From positions 1-32,279 of the forward strand of contig JASFEA010000015.1 in NCBI GenBank assembly GCA_050125095.1: a stretch of DNA of 32,279 bases, read 5' to 3'. The position numbers and the translations under genes are program-made. Below the pieces are notes generated by a model, which searched no databases, was not told the DNA's origin, and saw only the letters and a list, made by a program, of their open reading frames with translations. This DNA is from a bacterium. Lineage in GTDB: Bacteria; Arandabacterota; Arandabacteria; Arandabacterales; JALGWA01. This document shows, in pieces, positions 17,717 to 25,051 of this stretch. The stretch's first letter is position 1, and every line of letters begins with the position of its first letter.

Positions 17717-18424
17717 ATGAGGTCAAAGAGGGTTGGGATTATCTTCATGATATTGATTGGACTGGCGCTTTACGGCCTCTCCTGCGGCAACGAGCCCGGG
17801 AGTGACTCCGGCCGCAGTCGGGCCGAAGCCGAGACCGGTGACGTTGCCCCGCTGGACAGCCTGGGCCAGAAGGTCCTTCTCGATTACGTCAGGGGGCACT
17901 TCGACGACATACACGACGTCACAATGCGATATCACCACAGAGACCACACCATCAACGGGCTCGTGGCCATAGAAATGGTCTGGGAGGGGGGTACGGTCCG
18001 GTCGGCGAAAGTCCTCACAAACGAGACGGGCGACGAAGACCTCCCCCTGGCAATGATTGAGAAAATACAGGGCTGGAAAGTGGAGGGACTCGACGGCCCG
18101 TCGAAGGTCGTGCTGCCGTTCAATGTGCGGCTCGTGGGAATGGATGACCCCGAGTTTCTGAACACAGGCATAATGACAGGAGAGGTGATGGATGCAGACG
18201 GCAATCCTCTCTCGGGCGCCCTCATAATGATAAGACCCCAGGTGGCGGGTCTTGTCCACAGGGCGGAGACCAACAGGGAAGGAATATTCGTGAGAACGCT
18301 CATTCCGCCCGGCGTGTGGGATGTTGAGTGCTCGCTTTCCGGATACGGCGCCGCCTCGAAGGTGGGGCTCAAGATCATGGGGGGAGAGCATTGCCGTGAG
18401 AAGTTCGTCCTGAATAAGAAATGA
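17717..18424 (+). CDS. Lipoprotein with a TonB-C/AgmX-like domain and a carboxypeptidase-regulatory-like (prealbumin-fold) domain
   Basis: Lipobox GLSC; NGLVAIEMVWEGGTVRSAKV...IQGWK...VVLPF; GIMTGEVMDADGNPLSGA...TNREGIF...IPPGVWDVECSLSGY. SD GGGAGG. Confidence 0.7.
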   Translation: MRSKRVGIIFMILIGLALYGLSCGNEPGSDSGRSRAEAETGDVAPLDSLGQKVLLDYVRGHFDDIHDVTMRYHHRDHTINGLVAIEMVWEGGTVRSAKVLTNETGDEDLPLAMIEKIQGWKVEGLDGPSKVVLPFNVRLVGMDDPEFLNTGIMTGEVMDADGNPLSGALIMIRPQVAGLVHRAETNREGIFVRTLIPPGVWDVECSLSGYGAASKVGLKIMGGEHCREKFVLNKK

Positions 18425-18511
18425 CAGGGGCTCCGCCACTTGCCCGGCACTCTCACGGGACATACCTGCAGGGGCACTTGCCGGCTAGCATAACCGGGGA
18501 GGTAGACGGTT

Positions 18512-19027
18512 CTGACTGAGGTACTCCAGCATATCGGCCTCGTACTCTTCTACGTGGTCCTTCTGGCGCTCAATGTCTGCATTTTCCTGGGGCTGCCCGG
18601 CGGCTGGATCGCCTACGGCGCCATGTTCGTATTCGACGCCATAACAGGCTTCTCCACTCTGGGCTGGAAGTGGCTCTCCATAATGGGCGCGGTCATGCTG
18701 GTTGCCGAGATCATCGAGTCCGTACTCGGTGTGGTCTACGTGGCGGCCAAAGGCGCCACCAAGTGGGGAGTGCTGGGAGCCTTCCTGGGCGGGATGCTGG
18801 GAGCTATCGGCGGATCTTTCATTATACCCTTCCTGGGCAGCATCGTATTCGGACTCGTCGGGGCCTTCGCGCTCGCCGTTGCCTTCGAGTACGTTTACTA
18901 CAGGTCCATGGACCGGGCGCTGCAGACAGGCTTCTTCGCCTTCATCGGCAAGCTCCTGGCCATGTTCGTGAAGTTCGCCCTCTCGCTATTCAATCTCGGG
19001 GTGTTCATCTACCTGAGCTGGAAGTGA
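18512..19027 (+). CDS. DUF456 (YqgC-like) membrane protein
   Basis: LGLPGGW, GATKWGVLGAFLGGMLGAIGG, PFLG...GAFALAVAFE. The start is either CTG 18512 (after SD GGAGG) or GTG 18554. Confidence 0.85.
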   Translation: MTEVLQHIGLVLFYVVLLALNVCIFLGLPGGWIAYGAMFVFDAITGFSTLGWKWLSIMGAVMLVAEIIESVLGVVYVAAKGATKWGVLGAFLGGMLGAIGGSFIIPFLGSIVFGLVGAFALAVAFEYVYYRSMDRALQTGFFAFIGKLLAMFVKFALSLFNLGVFIYLSWK

Positions 19028-19059
19028 AGGGACGTGCCGACCCTCCTCCGGCGCGCTCT

Positions 19060-20100
19060 CTACGGCCTCACACCAAAGCCCGAGAGACTCAGGTACCTCC
19101 GGGCGTATCCGGTTCCCACCGGCTCGCCCGTGTGAACGAGAAGGCGCTCGTATGAGGCCACAGGTCCGACCTCTGGGACGTAAGTAACCGTACCGTAGTC
19201 GAATGTCCTGCAATAGCCTGCGGATTGCTCACCGATGGGGGGCATAAATGCAACACCGTAGTCGATCATGTACAGGCATTCGAGACCTCTGGGGAAGGTC
19301 ATGATCTCGGTCTCAACAGAGGCCTCCTCCAGAACGCGGCAGTGCAGGAAAGCATCGTCGGTAAGCCCCGGAACCAGCTGATGCGTAAACTCGTGGCCGG
19401 GCGTGAGGTCGGCTTCCAGGAACTTCCAGGCGAGCAGTAGATCTATGTCGCCGTACGTGCCGATCCACTCGTCTGTCTTTTCCCAGACATAGCCATGCAG
19501 GAGTATGGGACACTCTATAGAGGCGCATACGGTCAGCAGAGGGCACCGACCGGTGCCCACGGACTCCGCTATGTTGCCAAGAGCGGGGCGGGCGGCGTCT
19601 TCCAGCGCATGCCTCAGGTCCGGCCGCGCTATGTAGAGGTGCTGGAGGAACGGATTGCCGGCGCTGCGGCGTCCGCTCAGAAGCGCCGGGTCGTCCTGCT
19701 TGTAGAGCGTCTCCCGGAGGTTCTGGCCGGTTGCGCCCGAGTGGCTGACTGTGTCTCCGTCGAATTCCTGTCCGTAATACGCCCCTATGGTCTCCACGGG
19801 GTAGCCTATGGGGTGCTCCCTGAGGAGGTCCTCTATCTCATCCAGCGTCGGAACGGGGGGGACCTCCTCCTCGGTTGCATACAGTGAATCGCAGATCGGC
19901 TCCGGAGAGCCCCATGTATGTACGGTCACTTTATAAGTCCAGAAGGTCCTGTCGGCGTTGGGCCAGATGTTCTGAATGGTCGGATCGGGGCCCTCGCAAT
20001 CCGGGCAGACACAGGGGTCGTCGGATGAACAGGAGCATATCGAAAGGACCAACAGGATAATCGCAATTAGGACTGAGCTCAGGCGATAATGTGAATGCAT
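19060..20100 (-). CDS. Hypothetical lipoprotein
   Basis: ATG 20100 follows GGGGAGG. Signal peptide with lipobox (LSICSC), a CVCPDC motif, and a C-terminal YVPEVGPV typical of beta-rich lipoproteins. Confidence 0.8.
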   Translation of the reverse strand: MHSHYRLSSVLIAIILLVLSICSCSSDDPCVCPDCEGPDPTIQNIWPNADRTFWTYKVTVHTWGSPEPICDSLYATEEEVPPVPTLDEIEDLLREHPIGYPVETIGAYYGQEFDGDTVSHSGATGQNLRETLYKQDDPALLSGRRSAGNPFLQHLYIARPDLRHALEDAARPALGNIAESVGTGRCPLLTVCASIECPILLHGYVWEKTDEWIGTYGDIDLLLAWKFLEADLTPGHEFTHQLVPGLTDDAFLHCRVLEEASVETEIMTFPRGLECLYMIDYGVAFMPPIGEQSAGYCRTFDYGTVTYVPEVGPVASYERLLVHTGEPVGTGYARRYLSLSGFGVRP

Positions 20101-20154
20101 GCCAGCACCTCCCCGCTGAAGACTTGCGCTCCGCCAATTGTGGCCTGGGTGAGT

Positions 20155-20184
20155 ATCATACCAGATTGTCCTGCCCGGCGGCAA
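20155..20184 (-). promoter_or_regulatory. Sigma70-type promoter with extended -10
   Basis: TTGCCG, 18-nt spacer ending in TGG, TATGAT (20160-20155). Confidence 0.55.
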
Positions 20185-20273
20185 TCACATTAAGCAGCCC
20201 ATGGCCGGCAAGCGGATAGTCGGGATTATGGCGGGCCCCGGGACGCCATCGGGTACACGCTCCATGTGGGGAA

Positions 20274-20302
20274 TTGAAAACGCCGGCCAACTGGTGTATC
20301 AT
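20274..20302 (+). promoter_or_regulatory. Sigma70-type promoter
   Basis: TTGAAA (20274-20279), 17-nt spacer, TATCAT (20297-20302). Confidence 0.65.
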
Positions 20303-20379
20303 GGAGGAAAAGAGATCTGCGGCGAGTCCGCCGAGCGCTTCGCCGCATGCTTGGGGAACACAGACCGGGAGGTATTATC

Positions 20380-21318
20380 ATGCTCTGTAACAGGCAATCC
20401 GGGCCCGGTTCATACGGCCCGGGCATTCTGGCTGCCGGTCTGGCGGCCGTCCTCACCTTCGGCTCCGTCGCTGTATTCGGGGAATGCCCGGAGGAGGACC
20501 CGCTTCAGCATTACACGGGTGCGGGCACCGTGGTGTGCCCGTGTTTCGCGGCCGGAGAGGAGGGGGGAGCGGTGTTCACCGCGCCGTCCGAGCACTATCC
20601 CATAGAGATCCTGCGCGTCGGAATCGGCTGGGGGTCTCTCTACGGGGGAACAGGATATTCACTTGAACAGTCCATCCACGTCTATGACGCCGGCCTCCCC
20701 AATCCGGGAAGCCCTATCTTCTCGCTGGACGGGCCCCAGCTTCTTGACGGCTATATAAATGAATTCGACCTGGAGCCGCTGCCCGGAGAGATAGTCATAG
20801 ACTCGGGCGCATTCACGGTTACTCTGGAGTTCATGAACGACAATGCCGGCATACCGTCCGCTCCGAGCATGATACATGACGGTAACGGTTGCCAGAGCGG
20901 CAAGAACGTGGTCTATGCCGTGCCAGGCGTCTGGTATGACGCGTGTCTTCTGGGCGTATCGGGGGACTGGATAGTCTACGTGATCTATCGCCAGGACGAA
21001 TGCGAGAGCGGAGTCCCCCAGGAGATGGTTGTGGCCAACGTGCCTGCGGTTCTCATGAATCCCCAGCCCAATCCCTTCACGCATGAAACCAGGGTCGAGT
21101 ACGTGGTGGCGAGCCCGGGCGTCGTGAGCCTGTCTGTTTATAATGTGCAAGGGCAGGAGGTCGCCGGGCTGGCCGATGGGCCGGTCGGTCCCGGGTCTTA
21201 TACGGTGACATGGGAGGGGCGCGCCGATGACGGCTCCCCGGCGGCGGCCGGAGTCTATTTCGTGAGGATGACGGCCGGGACGCACTCTTCCACGAAGCGC
21301 CTTATTCTCAGCAGGTGA
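20380..21318 (+). CDS. Secreted Cys-containing protein with C-terminal FlgD-Ig/T9SS-like domain
   Basis: ATG 20380 follows GGGAGG. Signal peptide, then NPQPNPF...VYNVQGQEV...WEGR..DG....GVYF...KRLILSR. Confidence 0.85.
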   Translation: MLCNRQSGPGSYGPGILAAGLAAVLTFGSVAVFGECPEEDPLQHYTGAGTVVCPCFAAGEEGGAVFTAPSEHYPIEILRVGIGWGSLYGGTGYSLEQSIHVYDAGLPNPGSPIFSLDGPQLLDGYINEFDLEPLPGEIVIDSGAFTVTLEFMNDNAGIPSAPSMIHDGNGCQSGKNVVYAVPGVWYDACLLGVSGDWIVYVIYRQDECESGVPQEMVVANVPAVLMNPQPNPFTHETRVEYVVASPGVVSLSVYNVQGQEVAGLADGPVGPGSYTVTWEGRADDGSPAAAGVYFVRMTAGTHSSTKRLILSR

Positions 21319-21358
21319 CGTAGGGAAAGCGGGCACAGCGGCGCGATTCTTGATGCAG

Positions 21359-21412
21359 GCGCGCAGGGGGCAAGCGCGCAGGGGGGCAGTCGCGCAAAGG
21401 GGCAGTCGCGCA
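21359..21412. repeat. Imperfect ~16-bp tandem repeat CGCGCA(G/A)nGGGGCA, about 3.4 copies
   Basis: gcgcgcagggggcaa / gcgcgcaggggggcagt / cgcgcaaaggggcagt / cgcgca, between convergent genes. Confidence 0.8.
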
Positions 21413-21453
21413 GCTACATCGCGCCCGTCCCCTTGCGCTTTAGTCCCGGCCCT

Positions 21454-22320
21454 TTACTTCCCCTTCCGAATGAAGATATCGCCGTTAAAGGTGCTGAAAT
21501 CGTAGTCGGGTCCGCCGCCGTTGATATTGCCGTAGAAGGCGTCCTCGATCCGCACGCTGTACCTGCCCTCGCCGGCGTCCTCGTTTTCCTCTATGACCTC
21601 CGCCGGCATCTTTATGGCCTTGATGTCGAAGTCGGTGTACGCATCGCCGGTGTGCGTGGAGAGCCTGACAGTCGCCTTCACGCTGGCGGGCAGGGTGACG
21701 TCCACATCCCCGTTGAATGAGGCGAAGGACATGGCCTTGCCGGGCGTGACGCTCTTCATCTCCGCCTCCAGCTCGCCGTTCTGGACATATGCGACCACGG
21801 ATCCCGAGATGCCCGCCAGGACGATGTCACCGTTGATATTCTCGGCTTCGATCTCTCCGGTAACGCCGCTCACTTCTATGTCGCCCGCGTTTATCGTGGT
21901 CAGGCCGAGGGAAGTGCGGGTGGGCACCTTGATTACAATATCAATGGGGCTCATCCACGATTCGGCGCTTATGATGACGTTGTTGTCGTCTTCCTCTACC
22001 TCGAAGGCCGAAGAGGACACGGGAATCTTCTTGAGCCCCTGCCTGGACATGGCCTCTTCTTCCTCTTCATCATCATCCCAGTCCACCCATTCCTCCGTTT
22101 CCCTCTTCCGGGCCTGCACCTTGACTTCCTTGCCTTCGTACGCCATTACGGTGATGCCGCCGCTTACGAGCGCGCACTCGACGTAGCAGGGCTTGTCGGG
22201 ATGCGTGAGTTCCACGCTGATTTCGCCGTCGTTATCGGCAGAGACGCCCGCCGCCGAGGCGACCGGGCCCAGCAGGCATACTGCCAGTGCCGCGATCAGA
22301 GTTGCCTTGAAGTGTCTCAT
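21454..22320 (-). CDS. DUF4097 (putative adhesin) beta-strand repeat protein
   Basis: Signal peptide; IKVP followed by repeated INAGDI / INGDI / QNGEL / FNGDV; ends INGGGPDYDFSTFNGDIFIRK. Confidence 0.88.
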   Translation of the reverse strand: MRHFKATLIAALAVCLLGPVASAAGVSADNDGEISVELTHPDKPCYVECALVSGGITVMAYEGKEVKVQARKRETEEWVDWDDDEEEEEAMSRQGLKKIPVSSSAFEVEEDDNNVIISAESWMSPIDIVIKVPTRTSLGLTTINAGDIEVSGVTGEIEAENINGDIVLAGISGSVVAYVQNGELEAEMKSVTPGKAMSFASFNGDVDVTLPASVKATVRLSTHTGDAYTDFDIKAIKMPAEVIEENEDAGEGRYSVRIEDAFYGNINGGGPDYDFSTFNGDIFIRKGK

Positions 22321-22394
22321 TGATGTCCTCCCAGTCTAATCGACAGTCTGAATCGTACATCGCTCGCGCCCATGGCGCTTATCAGTCTCCGCAT

Positions 22395-23255
22395 TCATCT
22401 CTTCTCCAGAATGAACATGTCGCCGTTGAAGCCATCGAGCTCGATCTCGGGCCCTCCCCGTCCGGCCCTTACCACAGTACTCTTTCCGGCCCGGTAGACG
22501 GTCCGGCCGTTGGTCTCCACTTCGGCGAAAGTCGCGGACGGCACGCTATCCAGTTCGAAATCCGTGTAGAAGCTGCCGTTAAAGGTCTTGAGATAAAAAT
22601 CGGCCGAAAGCCCGGACTCGAAGTACATATGCACGTCGCCGTTGAGCGATCCGAAGCGGCAGTCGCCGGAGGGGTTGTCTTTGAACTCAAGCGTGACGTC
22701 GCCGTTCACAGTGTACACCTCTCCGGAGCCCGATATGCCCTTCATCTCGATGTCGTCATTGACGTGGAAGATCTCGTAGTCGCCCGAGATGCCTTCTATC
22801 TCAATTACGCCGTCATTGACGCACTTGATCTCGATCCGGGTATCCGCGGGAACTTTGATTTCGAAGTCATAGTAGACCCGGTAATCCCTGTCGCGCCACC
22901 TGTCGCGCCCGCGTTTGCCGTGGCCGTCGCCGCGGAAGGGGCCGTCCACGTAGAGCTCCAGATAGCCGTCTTCCTCGGTTATATCGAGGGCGACCTCGTC
23001 CCGCGCTCTCTCGTATTCCCTTACCGAACCGGCCTTTATGGCTTTCTCGGCCACCACCTCCACTTTATCGCCCCGGTGGCCGCTCAACCTCACATAGCCC
23101 CATACGTTCTCGACGACAAGCGTCCTCTCGCCGCCTACGCGCCTGAGCGTGAAGGTCTTCTCGATTGTCTCTGTCTCGTAGGTCTTGGCCGCCATGGCGC
23201 CCGCGCTCAGTGCGAGCACCGCGGCAGCGATCAGCAGTGCTGTTGCGTTTCTCAT
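22395..23255 (-). CDS. DUF4097 (putative adhesin) beta-strand repeat protein
   Basis: Signal peptide; FEIKVP, VNGDV, LNGDV and FNGSF repeats; ends GRGGPEIELDGFNGDMFILEK. Confidence 0.88.
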   Translation of the reverse strand: MRNATALLIAAAVLALSAGAMAAKTYETETIEKTFTLRRVGGERTLVVENVWGYVRLSGHRGDKVEVVAEKAIKAGSVREYERARDEVALDITEEDGYLELYVDGPFRGDGHGKRGRDRWRDRDYRVYYDFEIKVPADTRIEIKCVNDGVIEIEGISGDYEIFHVNDDIEMKGISGSGEVYTVNGDVTLEFKDNPSGDCRFGSLNGDVHMYFESGLSADFYLKTFNGSFYTDFELDSVPSATFAEVETNGRTVYRAGKSTVVRAGRGGPEIELDGFNGDMFILEKR

Positions 23256-23274
23256 CTCTCAACTCCCATGTCTC

Positions 23275-24114
23275 TTAGAGCCTCTTTTCGATTCTCATGC
23301 GGGCATGCTCCCGAACCAGCGGGTCTGCATGCTCGTCCTGCGCTATAGACTGGAGAGTCCGGAGCAATTGCTCATCTTCTGCGCCTGACAGAGCTTCGAT
23401 AATAGAGACCTGCACCATAGGAGAGGTCTGGCTGACAAGTGCGTTATTCATCTCATCCCGGACGTATCGCTGGTCCAGGAAACCCGAAAGAGCGTCCACC
23501 GCCGCCAGCCGCACGTTCACGTTCGGGTCGGATTTTAACGTGAGTACGAGAGCGTCGACGGCGGGCTGGGCCGCTTCCCGGTTGTCGCGTATGCGGTTTA
23601 CAGCCGCGAGCCTGTCGGCGGACGCGGTCTGGTTGACGAGGGCAAGCGTCAATACCTGGCGCATGCTCTCTAGTTCACCCTTCATCATGGCGATTTCGAC
23701 GTCGCGGCCGTCGCCGCCCCCGAGGGCAAGGCCGATTGCAAGCCCCGCCGCGAGGACCACCACCGCGGCCCCGAACTGAAGAGCGGGTCGGGCGGGCCAC
23801 CAGCCCATGAGCCAGCCCTCGAAGCCCCCTGGCTTCTCCCGGCTGGCGCGCGGAACACGGGCCCCGTATCTCAATACCTCGGCCTCCTCCGCCTTGGCTT
23901 CTTCAAGCATGGCGTAGAAGCGGGCGCTGAGCTCGGGACTCGGCTCCTCCTCCGGAATGGTTCCCAGGGCCCGCCATGCCTCTCTGAGCTCGGCAAGCTC
24001 GGCGGCGCATTCATCGCAGCCGGCGAGATGGAGCTCTATCGCCCTTTGCTCATCATCCGGCAGGTCGCCTCTCAGATGATCCAGTAACCTCTTCTGGCAT
24101 TCTTCACATTTCAT
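23275..24114 (-). CDS. Zinc-binding anti-sigma factor (zf-HC2) with a TM helix and HEAT-repeat C-terminus
   Basis: MKCEEC...HLAGCDEC (HxxxCxxC), a single TM segment, and DPNVNVRLAAVDAL HEAT repeats. ATG 24114 overlaps the end of the sigma gene. Confidence 0.92.
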   Translation of the reverse strand: MKCEECQKRLLDHLRGDLPDDEQRAIELHLAGCDECAAELAELREAWRALGTIPEEEPSPELSARFYAMLEEAKAEEAEVLRYGARVPRASREKPGGFEGWLMGWWPARPALQFGAAVVVLAAGLAIGLALGGGDGRDVEIAMMKGELESMRQVLTLALVNQTASADRLAAVNRIRDNREAAQPAVDALVLTLKSDPNVNVRLAAVDALSGFLDQRYVRDEMNNALVSQTSPMVQVSIIEALSGAEDEQLLRTLQSIAQDEHADPLVREHARMRIEKRL

Positions 24115-24655
24115 TTTGAAGCTCCCGGTATTCTCGTGAGAGATCTTTGATCGCGCGGTGGACACGGGCCTTTACAGTGCCGACGGCACACCCGGCGACT
24201 TTGGCGATCTCCTCGTAACTCATATTCTCGAAGCGGCTCAATACAAGGGCTTCGCGCTTCTCCTCAGAAAGCCTGAGGAGGGCCCTCCGTATGAGGGTGC
24301 TCTCCTCGCGCTTTTCGAGGTCCGCCCCCGGAAGCGGGCCGCCGGAAACCACGATTTCATCGATCGGGACCTCGTCTTTGGAGTGACGGCGCTTCCTCTG
24401 ATGCGTGAGAAGCGCGCTTCTGGCTATGGTGAAGATCCAGGTCATGAACTTGCCGCCCTCCCTGTATGTATGCCTGTATCTCAAGATGCGGTGAAACACG
24501 TCCTGCACGAGATCCTCGCTCGTATGGGGGTCCCCCGTCTGTTTGAGGAAGAACCCGTATAGCCTCCTGTTGTAGCGCTCGAATATCATGGCCAGTTTGT
24601 CCAGGTCGCCCTCGCGGACGGCCACCATCAGGTCATCGTCAGGCAGGTCTCTCAA
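24104..24655 (-). CDS. ECF RNA polymerase sigma-70 factor
   Basis: Region 2 SEDLVQDVF...FMTWIFTIARS and region 4 MSYEEIA...GTVKARVHRA. TTG start after GGAGG. Confidence 0.95.
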   Translation of the reverse strand: MRDLPDDDLMVAVREGDLDKLAMIFERYNRRLYGFFLKQTGDPHTSEDLVQDVFHRILRYRHTYREGGKFMTWIFTIARSALLTHQRKRRHSKDEVPIDEIVVSGGPLPGADLEKREESTLIRRALLRLSEEKREALVLSRFENMSYEEIAKVAGCAVGTVKARVHRAIKDLSREYRELQNEM

Positions 24656-24698
24656 TTGGCCTCCAATGAACGCTTGCTCCTCAGCCTCTCCGGAATAG

Positions 24699-24725
24699 TA
24701 TACAGGGGTTTAATGCAAAGGTTGC
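24699..24725 (-). promoter_or_regulatory. Putative ECF-dependent (autoregulatory) promoter
   Basis: GCAACC (24725-24720), 16-nt spacer, GTATA (24703-24699). It matches the generic ECF AAC/GT pattern upstream of the ECF gene. Confidence 0.5.
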
Positions 24726-24779
24726 GAGCAAAAATGGGTGGCCTCTGAAAGCCAGCAGGTCCGCTGGCCCCCTAATCAT

Positions 24780-24808
24780 TTGACTTTACGGTTATTACCC
24801 TTTATAAT
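24780..24808 (+). promoter_or_regulatory. Near-consensus sigma70 promoter
   Basis: TTGACT (24780-24785), 17-nt spacer, TATAAT (24803-24808). Confidence 0.8.
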
Positions 24809-25051
24809 GATCATCCTCGGAGCTGGGCCATGCATGAGAGAGCAACAAAGTTCACGCACACCTTTGCATCAGTAATGCTGCCGTACCGCGCCACCTTTCA
24901 CTGGTGGAAGTTGCCGTCCTCACCCGGGCGCATGTCAATACTCACGGAAGGCCGCGTCCCCTGCAATAGAGTGGACGCCTGACAATAGACGGGGCCCGGG
25001 CGAAAGAATCCGGGCCTGAGCGCTGGACCATCGCTTCTAGGGGGTGCTCAA

